Below, in pieces: positions 1-21,507 of a DNA stretch of 64,000 nucleotides; within the stretch, counting starts at the first letter, position 1, and each line of letters begins with the position of its first letter. The DNA is from Salpingoeca rosetta (taxonomy: Eukaryota; Protista; Choanoflagellata): NCBI GenBank assembly GCA_033442325.1, contig JAWQFM010000009.1, positions 613,597 through 677,596 on the forward strand. The letters run 5' to 3'. The notes under the pieces were generated by a model, which did not search any database, had not been told where the DNA came from, and worked only from the letters and a program-made list of their open reading frames with translations. A program made the position numbers and the translations under genes.

Positions 1-682
1 GTGTGTGCATGAGACCATGTGCGCGGTGCATGTGTCCGTTATTATGTGCGAGTATGTATATGGTGCGTGTGTGTAATGCGCATGTGTGCGTGTGTATGTG
101 TATGTGTGCGTGTGTATGTGTGTACGTGTGTGCATGTGTATGTGTGCATGTGTGTGTGTGTGCGTGTGTATGTGTGCGTGTGTATATGTGTGTGCGTGTG
201 CATGTGTGCATGTGTGTGCGTGCGTGTGTGCGCGCGTGTGTATGTGTGCGTGTGTGTTTGTGCATGTGTGTGCATGTGTATGTGTGCGTACGTGTGTGTA
301 TGTGTGTGCATGTGTATGTGTGTATGTGTGTGCATGTGTATGTGTGTATGTGTATGTGTGCGTACGTGTGTGTATGTGTGAGCGAGTGTGTGTGTATGTG
401 TGAGCGAGTGTGTATGTATGTGTGAGCGAGTGTGTATGTGTGTATGTGTGCGTGTGCGTGTGAGCATGTGTGCGTGTGCATGTGTGCATGTGCGTGTGTA
501 TGTGCGCGTGTGTGCATGTGAGAGAGTGTATGCTAATGTGTGAGCGAGTGTGTGCGTGTGCATGCGACAGAATTGAGCGCGAGTCACACACTTGCACACA
601 CGGCGACGCAGTAGCGGCAGACAGAGGGAAGGTAGTAGGCAAGGCAAGAGCTCGTGTGCAGCTGTAGCTTCATTTGACGCAC

Positions 683-3600
683 CGACTTCAACGGTTTCAG
701 CTTGGCGTTCAAGCTCTCGATCAAGTTGGTGCTCACCCAATCGTACCTGGAAGCCAAGAGTAGCAGGGACAAGCGTGTGTGTGTGTGTACGTGCGTGTAT
801 GTATGTATGTATGTGTGTGTGCATGTGTGTGCATGCGCGTGTGTGTACGTGCGTGTATGTATGTGTGTGTATGTGTGTGTGTGTATGTGTGAGCGAGAGT
901 GTATGTGTGTGTATACGTTGTTGCAAGTGTGCAAGTGTGCAAGTGCATGTGTGTGCGCGCGCATATGTGTGTGTGTGTGTACAAGCATGTGGTCGCTTCG
1001 TGTGTGTGTGTACGTGCGTGCGCGTGTGTGCATGTGTGTGCATGCGTGTGTGTGTGTGCGCGCGTGTGTGTGCATGTGTGTGTATACGTTGTCGCAAGTG
1101 TGCAAGTGCATGTGGTCGCCTCGTGTGTGTGTGCGAATGCTTGCGCGCGCGTGTGCGTGGTCGCAAGTGTGCAAGTGCATGCGTGTGTGTGTGCGCGCGT
1201 ATGTGTGTGTGTGTGTGTGTACAAGCATGTGGTCGCTTCGTGTGTGCATGTGTGTGCATGCGTGTGCGTGTGCGCGTTCGTGTATGTGCATATGTGTGTG
1301 TGCGTATGTGTGTGCGCGCGTGCGTGTATGTATGTGCGTGCGTGCGCGTGTGTGCATGTGTGTGCATGTGTGTGTGTGTGTGCGCGCGCGTGTGTGCATG
1401 TGTGTGTGTATACGTTGTCGCAAGTGTGCAAGTGCATGTGGTCGCGTGTGTGTGTGTGTGTGCATGTGTGTGCATGCGTGTGTGTGTGTGCGTATGCTTG
1501 CGCGCGCGCGTGTGTGCGTGGTCGCAAGTGTGCAAGTGCATGCGTGCGTGTGTGCATGTGTGTGTGTGTGTGTGCGTGCGTGCTCGCAAGTGTGCAAGTA
1601 TATGTGCGCGCTCATGTGTGGTCATGTCGTGCGAGCGCTGTGCACATGCGTGTCAATGCAAGCACGCGGTCGTGTCGGGTCGTGCGANNNNNNNNNNNNN
1701 NNNNNNNNNNNNNNNNNNNNNNNNNNNNNNNNNNNNNNNNNNNNNNNNNNNNNNNNNNNNNNNNNNNNNNNNNNNNNNNNNNNNNNNAAGAGGGCTCAGG
1801 TTGCAAATGCGGTTCTTCACGCGAGCAGCTTCCTTCGGCGCCTGTGTCCTGTATCGTTCCAGGGCTTTCTCCAGGTCACTCACGGAGGTTGCATTCATGG
1901 CTGCATTAAAGAGTTGCTGGTGCCGCAGACGCCTTCGCATGTGCACGGAGCACATGCCGTGGTGCCACATGGGTATTTCGTTGATTGCGCTTGTCACAGC
2001 AGTCCCTAAATCCGAGAGAATCGTATGCTCGCCCTGCAAGTGTGTGTGTGTGTATGTATGTGAGTAAGTGCGTGTGGATGTACGTGTAAGTGTGCATGTG
2101 TGCGCACGCGTGTGCATGTGCGTGTGAGTGTGCGTGTGAGAGTGTGAGCGTGAGCGTATGCATGTGCGTGTAAGTGCGTGTGCATGTGCGTGCGTGGAGG
2201 CGAATAAACACCGGTCACGTGCACACGCAGCAAGGCAGGCGTTCATACACACGCGCACACGGGCACAAGTGCATGCATACATGGACATGGAGACTCACCC
2301 AAAGTGGGGGCATGACCGATAAACAGAGCTGGAACAAGTGTGCGTAAGCGGGCTTGGTTTCCTGCAAGTAAAAGGCATACGTCACATCGATGCAGGTACA
2401 CGATGAGTTCCAAGGTGGCGCCGCACACACATGCACACATACACACGCACCCACGCACACAGAGACACAAAGATGCAGAGACACACAGACACACAGACAC
2501 GCACACAGACAAACAGACAAACAGACACACACATGCACACGCATATGTATGCCTGTGCACACACATACACGCACACCATACACACACACACGCATATGTA
2601 TGCCTGTGCACACACACACGCACCATACACACACACGTGTACACACACACGTGTACACACACACACACACACACAGACACAGACACAGACACATACAGAC
2701 AGACACATACAGACAGACATACACACATGCACACGCGTGCGCACATGCGTACAGTGTGTTACCTGCTGAGTTATGTTGGCGCCCAGAATGAAGATCTTGT
2801 TGTCTGCGTCCAGTTGGCACAAGAGGTGGAGCATCATGTTGTTGTACGACAGATGCGTCGCGTCCGTGAACAGGACCTTTGGAGACTTGGCCGACAAACC
2901 ATTCAGCTTTAGGCAGAACAGAAGCTCGCTAAATGCACCGTCTTTGGTCATCAGGTGCGCTGCATGATGTCCATTTGCATTGATCCACTCTGCACGACCA
3001 TCAGCGCAGTGGTATGCATACTTGAGTGTGTTGAAGCAACAACGGCAAAACATACACGTGCATGCATGTAAATACACGCACGCACGCACGCACGCACGCA
3101 CGCACCCGCGTGTACATACAAACGCGCGCACGTGTACATACACAGACGCAAACACATACATACACGTGTACATACACGTGTACATACACACAGACACACA
3201 CACATACACACACACACACAGACACAGGCACAGACACACAAGTTCGCAACCAAACTCACGAGCGAACGAGTGCAGTCTGTCAAACTCCTCCTGCCGCTTG
3301 ACGTGAGTTCTGCCTTGAGCTTGTGCTGCGTACTCTGCCATCTGGGAACCCGACATGGTTAGGCCGTAGCGGGCACTGACTTGTTGTACCTGAGCAGCGG
3401 GGTTTCCTGCAAGAAGACATGTCGCGCAGTGTAGAGAGAGGGAGGGGCAACAGTGAGATACCGAGGGCAACTGACGCGAGTTGTCCACATGACAAACGCA
3501 CACGCATAGGTGATCACTTGGTTGCAGCGAGGAGTACCTATCATGGTTCGATCAAAGCGGGCGAGCGTCTGTGGACGAACACGGCGGCGCCCAAGCTCAT

Positions 3601-4212
3601 GTTCACTGTCCTGTGCGAGCCAGCAAGTGTGGTGCCGTGCCTCGGTAATCTCCCACGCGCCGCTGACGGTTTGTTTGTTGGCGTGAATTGCATAGGCGCA
3701 GGTGCTTGGGTGTTTCCTCTGTTGTTGCTGCTTTGTCCAGGCTTTGTTGTCGCATCTCACGCGGTATGTCCTCGAATCCGTTGCCTTCACCTGGACAAGT
3801 GGCACGTTAACACATTCCGCGAGACACCACAGGGTGAACAGGACGCTGTTTCTTCGCATGCCCATGCGAAATCAAACGCACGCTCGAGCGTGCCAATCAC
3901 CACACATGAACCACACAACCGCCACGCCACAAAGCGCCACGCGAAGCACACACAACACACGACAACCCGGCATGAGACACAGCACGCTGCCACAATGCCA
4001 CGCGAAGCACACACGGCAACACGGCATGAAACACAACACGCTGCAACAACAACAACATAACACTCACTCACAATGTGATTAACGCCGAAGCGAACAGCAA
4101 TCTCCGAGACAGCCTCCTGCACCTGCTCCTTGGAGATGAAGCGGGTACCCTTGGCAAGCTTGGCGTAAGCAGCCCGCAACGCAGCGTTGTTACTTGCTTC
4201 AACAACATCCAT
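683..4212 (-). CDS. Mutator-like (MULE/MuDR) DDE transposase, multi-exon, 3' end probably runs off the window start
   Basis: Phase-consistent GT-AG exons 4212-4072, 3790-3538, 3406-3260, 2989-2763, 2361-2299, 2033-1788(gap), 746-683. MuDR N-terminal Zn/DNA-binding pattern ([38 protein letters not shown]), catalytic core [30 protein letters not shown] (CxxH) and STNLIESLN (catalytic E). Confidence 0.9.
1688..1787. other. Assembly gap (100 N) inside the transposase gene
   Basis: Run of N. Confidence 1.
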
Positions 4213-4565
4213 GGCTTGCACTGCCACTGTCACTGCCACTGTATGCGATCACACTGTCCTTCTTGCTTGCTTGGTTGTTTGTTTTGCGCCACGATGCGCC
4301 ATATCCTGTGTGGCAAATTGCAAATTGCACCTGCAATGTGGAAAGCCCTGCAAAGCGGAAAGCGTTTGCCGTGGAACCCACCCAACCCGTTTGCGTGTGC
4401 CTCCGAGGCTGCGTGGAGTTGCGTTAGAAGCGCATGGGCACAGCTTAACGCAATCTGAACTCACGCGTGGCGCGAAGTCAAAGCCCTTTTGTCCATGCGG
4501 CAGATTCCATTTTCAAAAGTGTACTTTTCGAGCTGTCCCCACACACACACACACACACACACCTA

Positions 4566-4577
4566 TTTTGGCGCCAA
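4566..4577 (+). promoter_or_regulatory. E2F-like site TTTTGGCGCCAA just upstream of the TPP1-like ATG
   Basis: Matches TTTSSCGC and is near-palindromic. Confidence 0.35.
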
Positions 4578-4595
4578 CGAAAAACAACAACGGTG

Positions 4596-7500
<2,905 letters not shown>

Positions 7501-7508
7501 CGCGAGCA

Positions 7509-7590
<82 letters not shown>

Positions 7591-8055
7591 TGCCCTCCCT
7601 CCCTCCTCCTCTCTGTTTTCGTGTGAGTTCCGATAGGAAGGCTAGCTGAGCTTGCTTGTGAAAGCGAATCGAATAATTTGAATGAGCGAATACACAAGAC
7701 AACGACAAGGCAAGGCAACAGCATGAAGTCTTGCAAGCCAGCAAGCAAGGGCAACAGTTGTCCACAGCGCAAGCGCGAACAGCGGTCAGAAGTAGAAAAG
7801 AAGGAACGCAAAGAAAAAAAAGGGGGGGGGGGCAAGGGGGAAAGATATATTATTCAAGAAACACGCTACACCACTAACACGTCGCATTGCACGCATGCAC
7901 ATGCAGAGCATGGTGTGTGAGGGTTCTATCTACAGGCCAACTACGCAAGGCAAGCACGTCCATTACGCTTCACATCAATCTAGAAGCGAAAAGCAGATGG
8001 TTTCACAGAGTTGCACAGTCACACAGACACACAGACACAGACACACACACGGTCA

Positions 8056-10319
8056 TCACTGTTTGCGTGGTGACATGGGTATGTGCATGAGAGTGGGTGG
8101 TGGTGTGTGAGTGCGTGGCGGCGTGTGTGACGTCGTGATGGCCGGAGAAGCAGACACATTGACAGCGGCAGCAGCGGCAGCGGCCGCAGCAATGGTTTGT
8201 GGAGGCGCAAGCTGTGATCGATAGAGGTGGGAACGCGGGTACTGGCGTTGCGGGCGTGCTTGCAGGGGACTTCCCACTTGCTGCTGCTGTTGCTGCTGCT
8301 GGGGTTGTTGTAATTGCGGCTGCTGCTGCTGTTGTTGCTGGTCAGGCGTTGGCGAGTATGCGAGGCGGCGGCGGAGGTGTGGCGAGTGGAGCGGCGACGT
8401 GCGGGCGAGGCGAGACCTGTAGAAGCTCGTGTTGTGTTGATGGTGATGCTGGCCTGATTTCAGTCGCGCTCGCGGCCGCAACCACGGCACGAGCAGGTGC
8501 TGCAGGCGGAGATTCGAGCGGAGAAGGAGGCGGGAGGTTGCAATCACGACCAGCCCGTGTGCGGTGAGGAGGAGAACGGATGCCCACGAGGAGAGGGTTG
8601 CTGTTGGCAGCGCCATGTTGCAGGCGCCGGTGAAGAGGTTGGCGACGAGGAACGCCTCAAGTCCACGCTGGTTGAGGGCGCGCAGGACGGGGCTTGGGCG
8701 GTACGGTGCAAAGGTCTGCACAGTTTTGGTGTGGCGTGGCACAAGGGGCCAGTGAGCAAGCGAGTGTGTGAGTGTGTGTATGTGTGTGTGAGTATGTGTG
8801 TATGTGTGAGTGTGAGTGTGTATGTATGAGTGTGAGTGTGTGAGTGTGAGTGTGAGTGAGTGTGAGTGTGAGTGTGTGAGTGTGTGTGTGTGAGTGTGTG
8901 TGTGTGTGCGCGCGTGCGTGAGTGTGTGAGTGAGTGAGCAGATTTTAGTACGTACGCTTGTACAAACCTACCTTTGCGATGTGTGCGAAAATGAGGAGAA
9001 TGAGGAAGCAGATGGCAAGCACCAATGCCACGTACGGCAGGTTCACCTATGGCGCACGCACGCGCGCATGCATGTGGAGTGGATATTCTGGAGTGAGCAT
9101 GCAGCTCATGTGCGCATCTCGCACAAACGGAGTCAGACACAGGCACACACAGACACAGAGCAGGCACACACACACACACATAGGCACACACAGAGCAGGC
9201 ACACACACACACATAGGCACACACAGATACAGGCACAGACACACAGACGCAGGCACACACCAGTCTGCGTGAGGGTTGGAGACCAGTCTGCAAGGTGATG
9301 ACGGCAAAAAGGGCGCTTCCGACGAGCCATCGCGGTAGGTACTCGGTCGCGCCACTTGGGCACAGCAAACACAGCTGGCCGGCGCGGTGGGCAATCTCAA
9401 AGATGCACGCAAACCCAAGCAGCCCAAACAGGCCCTCCCTGTTCTGGCTGAGCAGGTCTGTGCGCGGGGCGTTGAAGATGTACTCCTCCCACCCGTCGTG
9501 GTAGAGCAGGTGGTGGTTGGCGTATGCGACTGCAGAGACCGCCAGTGCCCACAGGGTCTCGTCCAGGCGCTCCAGGGCACGGAACGCCCTGTGCAGGACC
9601 AGCAGCGCCGCCAGCGTGAAGAAGAAGTTCCAGTGCACGCCGTACTCCACCACCTCTTCATGGTACGCGGTGGCCTTGACAGAGATGAGGCGCATCGCCC
9701 CAAGCAGCGCCAGTACAGCGGCTGCTGCCCAGATGCGGGTCGGGTGCCAGCGGAAGCGCGACGTGACGACAAACCCTGCCGCAAACGCCATGGCGCCCAC
9801 GCCCAGGTCCATGAGGGAGAACCCGTACGAGACCGACTTTGCTGATGTTGGAGGGAAGATGGGGAGGTCAACGGCAAGGATGATGACGCACGTGCTAAAC
9901 ATCATGGCTGCGCGGAACGCAGTGAGCCAGGGCGGTCGCAGGTCCAGCGCGTGATTTCGCTCAAATGGCATGGACGCCATATGGCGCCCTCCGATCCTCA
10001 CCACGATTGCGCTGAGGATGAGTAGCGCAGCGATGAGTGCGGGTGCCAGCCAAGGGTAGCAGGCAGCCACCACTGTTGATGCTGAGAGCAGCGCAGCATC
10101 GATGGCGATGCTTTTGGGCTGCGGCGCGAATGTTCTGAACAGCGCAGCGCGCGCCTTTCGTGTCCATGCATCACACAGGCACAGCGCCTGCACGAAAGTG
10201 GTGCGTGTGCGTGTGCGCGTGTGTGAATGTGTGTGTGAGTGCGTGTGAACGTGTGTGTATGTGGTCAGCTGCAACAACAGCAACAACAACAGCAACAGTA
10301 GCAGCAGCAGCAGCAAATA

Positions 10320-10354
<35 letters not shown>

Positions 10355-10516
10355 TGCAACAGCCAACAACAACGAACAACAACAACAACTGAGACGACCC
10401 AAGAACAGCCTACACTCTCGAAGCACAAGCTCCCACAGCCCGGCTTGCATGATCAAGCAAAGTCGCTTGCAACTCACCACGAGTGTGGACAGGGATGCCA
10501 CAATCCCAAGCACCAT
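8056..10516 (-). CDS. PIGW: GPI inositol acyltransferase PIG-W/GWT1
   Basis: Exons 10516-10478, 10187-9261, 9046-8972, 8715-8056. Motifs T.vIILAVDLPIFP..AKS..YGFSLMDLGVG, EYGVHWNFFFTLA, NREGLFG, PSRRL|VNLPYV, N.RGL..FLVANLFTGACN. Confidence 0.93.
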
Positions 10517-10922
10517 TGTCACTGGACGTGTGGTCAGCCAGGTGCGTGTTGGACGCTGGAACGGTGGGATGGATGGATGGTGTGTTGTGGTTGTGCACCT
10601 TCTCTCTCTCTTTCCGTTTTTCAAAGTTTTCCCTCCCGCCTTCGCTTGGCCAGAAAATCGCGTGAAAACATAAGCAAATCGTCCACACGGCCGTGATTTT
10701 TGCGGCACGGCAGCCAGTTCGCCCTTGTTGCTTGTTGTTCTGCTGTTTCTGTTGGTGGCTGGCTGTTTGTTTGCAAGCCGCCCTCTCGCGATATTTGCTG
10801 GCGCGTGTGTCATTTCACGGTCAGGTCCATCAAACCATCTCCATCCTTTTTCAGGCTGGGGGGTGACGGTTTGTTTTCAGGCGGCATATGAACCCGACGT
10901 TGTTGCGTGATTGACACAGACC

Positions 10923-16767
<5,845 letters not shown>

Positions 16768-17095
16768 ACCGGACGCCAGAGGAGAGAACATGGCTTGTCG
16801 TTATTTTGTTACACAGATTGCTTTTCCCTCTGCTTGCCCGTCTGCCTTGCTTATCGTCTGTACAAAAAGGCGCGCGTGTGCGTGACTTGCTGTCTTGTGG
16901 TGTGTGGTGTGTGATTGAACAGTGAGGCCGCTCGCTTCCCACGGTATGCCGTTGTACCACCAGCCAGCCATCTCAGTTGACATGAAGAACAAAGGAGCAT
17001 GCAACACATGAGAGGATGACGAAGAACAAGACAGGAGCGATTGTTGCGTGCACATTTCCAGTGGTTTTGTTTGTTTTTGTTGCTGCTGACGCTGA

Positions 17096-17287
17096 ATGAC
17101 GACTACGACAACAATGCTTCTTGCCAAGACTGCTGCTGCTGCTGCTGTTCGCCAAGCCCTGCTGGCTCGGCCCCTGGGCGCCGTCAGCAAGCGCTTTGCT
17201 AGTTCCGGCCTGAGCTTTGAGCTCTCTGACGAACAGCGTGTACGTTCAGTTCATATGTCTGGTGTGTGTGTGTGTGTATGTGTGTGT

Positions 17288-17319
<32 letters not shown>

Positions 17320-17401
17320 TCTTGTGTGTGTGTGTGTGTGTGTGTGTGTTCTTGTGTGTGTGTGTGTGTGTCTGTCTCTCTGTCTCTCTGTGTCTGCGTG
17401 C

Positions 17402-17434
<33 letters not shown>

Positions 17435-18356
17435 TGCGTGCTTGTGCCATCACGCCATTCCTCTCACTGTGTCGTCCTGTGGGCTGGGTATTGAATGCCA
17501 TGTTGTGCTTTCACACACACACGTGTTGGTTGCTGTCGTCATCGTCCTCCTTCTCCTTCTTCTGGTTGACCTCGTCCTGTTTCATGGCAGGCTCTGGACG
17601 ACCTGAGCAAGAAGTTCGCCGTCAACGTAAGCGTCTGTTGTCGACCATGCTCATTGTTTTGGTGTGCCTCCCTTGATCCTGTGCTTTCCTTCGCACCTCG
17701 TTTTCGTCTTCCCCCAACAACCACTGGTTCTTCATATGACAGGAGATTGCACCTGCCGCAGCTCATCATGACAAGACGGGCGAGTTTCCATGGGACCTCG
17801 TCAAGAAAGCACAGTGAGCATGCACATGTTTGTGTGTGTGAGAGAGAGAGAGTGTGTGTGTGTGTGTGCGTGCGTGTGTGTGTGCGTGTGTGTGTGTGCG
17901 TGCGTGTGTGTGTATGTGTGTGTGCGTGTGTACACGTGAATGGCTGTCACTGCACACTGACATGTCCCCGCCCTGGACACTCATTCATCCCTCCTTGCCA
18001 CTGACTCCTGTCTTGCCACCACACGTCAACAGCGAGCTCGGTTTGATGAACGTGCACATCCCGGAGGCGTACGGCGGTCTTGGCCTTGGCGGCGTCGACT
18101 GCTGCATCGTTTGTGAGCGCGTCTATGCCTGCTCGACTGTGCTTGTCAGTTGGTATTGTGCAAAACCCAGTTGCATGTCTGCACAGTCCCACTCCTTCCT
18201 CCCTGCTCACCCTGCCATCCAACCGCGTGCGTGTTTGCAGCCGAGAACCTCGCGTACGGGTGCAGTGGCATCTCCACCGCCATTGGCGGCCCCACCCTCG
18301 CGGAGTCCCCGCTCATCGTCGGCGCCAGCGAGGACATCAAGAAGCGCTACCTCGGC

Positions 18357-18444
<88 letters not shown>

Positions 18445-19824
18445 CTCCGCGTTTTTGCAGTTGTGTGTTGTGTTCCCGTTCTGTTGTCCCGCGCACCGGT
18501 TTTAATCCCATGGTGCCCCTTCTTTGTACCTGCAACCTCATGACAGGATGACGGAGGAGCCCCTCATTGCCTCCTACTGCGTCACGGAGCCAGGCTGCGG
18601 CAGTGACGTCGCGAACGTTCAGGTGTTCAGTACGGCATGGCCACCATGTGTGTGTGTGTATGGCTTACACATGCGGTTGCAACGTTCTTCGCCACATCCT
18701 GCTCGTTTCCTTGATCCAACATCTGTGTACAAGCATCTCACGTTGGTGCTGTGCGCCTTCATTACGGCCCATGCGTTCCCTGTCGCGAATCAAAAACACC
18801 CACACCGTCAGACGTTTGCGGAGAAGCGCGGTGACGAGTGGGTGATCAACGGCAACAAGGCCTGGATCACGGGCGCAGGGCACGCCAACTGGTTCTTCGT
18901 CCTCGCTCGCACAGAGTACGGCAGTGCTTCTTGTCTCACACGTCCATGTGTTGATATGTGTGTGTGCATGTGTGTGTGTGTGTGCATGTGTGTGTGTGTG
19001 CATGTGTGCGTTTTGCGCATGTGCGAGGGCACGACACTGCTCGCCCAGGCACATTGCTTTTTTTTTTTTCTGTGCCTTTTCCCTAGCACTTGACATGACT
19101 CTTTTTCATGGCCCACGACGTTCGTGCCCGTCAGTCGCAACGCCAAGCCCGGAAGCGCGTTCACCGGATTTGTTGTCGATGCGGACACGGCTGGCGTCAT
19201 CCTTGGCAAGAAGGAGCCCAACATGGGCCAGCGGTGAGCATCCCCCACGCAGCCAGCCACCTGCAGTCCAACGGTGTCACTGCTCCTGCTGACCCCCAGT
19301 GATTGTCACACACACATGTGTGATCTATGCCGACACGCACTCACTCACTTATTCACTCATTTACTCACACACTCGTGCACGCGCGTGCTACATTTGTTGT
19401 TCTGTTGGTGTGGATCGTCTGTTCAGTGCATCAGACACGCGCACGGTGACGTTTGAGGATGCTGTTGTTCCTGACGCAAACCGCGTTGGCGACGTTGGCT
19501 TCGGCTTCAAGCTCGCCATGAAGGCGTTCGACATCACCCGACCAGAGGTGCGATTGTGTTTGGTCCTGTTGTTCCATTGTTGTCTCGGCCTTGCGTGCGG
19601 GAAATTGTTCTCAACAAGCTACTAACACCACGTGTATTCCCTTCGTGTGTGTGTACAGGTTGCTGCTGGCGCCGTTGGCGTTGCTCAGCGTGCACTGGTA
19701 CGTAGCACGCCATATTTCGTTCGACAGCAAAGAGTGCAACTTTCGTTGCTTTCAAGCTCAAGACACCCCTGATCCCTCGTGCTACACCCACAGGCAAACA
19801 CCCCCCCCCCCCTATCCTCACCGC

Positions 19825-19905
<81 letters not shown>

Positions 19906-20620
19906 CACTGCTTGTTGTGCTCTTCCAACAGGACGAGGCGCTCAAGTATTCGCTTGAGCGCAAGACGTTTGGCGTGCCCATCATTGGACACCAGGCCGTG
20001 TCCTTCATGCTCGCCGACATGAAGATGGGCGTGGATGCCTCGCGTTGGCTGACGCTCCGCTCTGCATGGGAGCTTGACGCTGGCCGCCGTCCAACGTTCT
20101 TTGCCAGCATGGCCAAGGCCTTTGCTGCCGATCACGCCATGAAGTGCACGACAGACGCCGTCCAGATCTTTGGCGGAAACGGTGCGTGGTGCTGTTGACA
20201 TCATGTTGTCTCGTGTTGCTGGCTAGTCTTGGCTGCTCGTGTGTGCGCGTGCGTGTGCACATGCCGTTCGCTTCTGCATGCTCACACTCAACTTCAGGCC
20301 ATCTGCCGTTGTTTTGTCACCCAACGCCTGTCATCTCACAACACATGATCGTCGCCGTCACCACCACATCATTGCATCTGCTGCCACTGCAGGCTACAGC
20401 TCGGACTACCCCGTGGAGAAGCTGATGCGTGACTGCAAGATCTTCCAGATCTACGAGGGCACGTCGCAGATCCAGCGCCACATCATCGCCCAGGTGCCGT
20501 GATGCTTGCACGTTGCTGTCTTTGTGTGCGTGCGTGCGCGCGCGCGTGTGTCTTTGTCTGCGTCTGCGCGCGTGTGTTTGTGTGTATGTGTGTGTGCGTG
20601 TTTGTGTCTGCCTGCCTGTG

Positions 20621-20655
<35 letters not shown>

Positions 20656-20789
20656 TGTCTGTCTGTCTGTCTCTCTGTCTCTCTGTCTCTCTCTCTCTCT
20701 GTTTTGGGTGATTTTTTGTGCCCATACGGTGCTCGATGACCACGCTGTTTCTGGAGACTGTTTCGACAACCTCACGCGCCCGTCTGTCA

Positions 20790-20821
<32 letters not shown>

Positions 20822-20873
20822 CATGCATTCTGTGCAGACGATGGCCGAGATGGCCAAGCAGGGCGCCATGTGA
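17096..20873 (+). CDS. ACADM: Medium-chain acyl-CoA dehydrogenase, mitochondrial
   Basis: Presequence then LSFELSDEQ; [95 protein letters not shown]. Start may be 17114. Confidence 0.95.
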
Positions 20874-21234
20874 TGATCGTGCCGGCAATCACATGACTGC
20901 TCCACACATCTCCCTCACTTTGCATCTGTTTTGTGTTTGTGTTCGCGGTTTTCTGCGCCAGTGTCCTGCACCGCAGCCGTTAGCCACCACGTGATGGTTG
21001 TTCTTGCTTTCGTCCTCACCCTCCGTTGTTCCAATACCCCAATACACACGACAGCTTTCTATGTTTGGCCAGCAGTTGTGTGGAATCATTTATGGATGCA
21101 TGGCCGGGGGGGGGGGTTCACTTAACACGACAGCGAGGACACATGTTGGTTCGTGTGGACAAGCAAATTAATATGAACACAGGCAGGGTGGGGGGGGGAA
21201 CATGTGCGCTCGACCTTACGCGACCGAGCACACA

Positions 21235-21469
21235 TTACGGCGTTTGAAGGTGTGTGTTGTGTGGTATTCTGACACCGCGCGCACGAAGAAGACGGAGAAC
21301 AGACGTCATTTCCTCCACGCGATCCGTCAGTGCAGTCACCTGGGCGGCCTGTCCACCAGAAGGAGAGGGCGAAGGGAAGGTGGGTGGGGAAGGGGAGGGG
21401 GTTGCGATGTGAGATGTGAGGAACAACCCGCACACACACATACACACGCACACACACACACACACACAT

Positions 21470-21507
<38 letters not shown>

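Larger units (their letters stand above)
1..4540 (-). mobile_element. MULE DNA transposon, right-hand (5') end; candidate TIR starts GGGGACAGCTCGAAAAGTACACTTTTGAAAATGG on the - strand
   Basis: Unique sequence upstream of the transposase ATG stops abruptly at ...gagctgtcccc (4540) and is followed by (CA)n. G-rich terminus and internal inverted repeat AAAAGT-GT-ACTTTT. The partner TIR and TSD are not in the window. Confidence 0.55.

Noticed and set aside
3-2067. Long Cys/Val and His/Thr ORFs here and throughout the window
   Set aside because: Translations of (GT)n/(CA)n repeats, which lack stop codons; they are intronic, not proteins.
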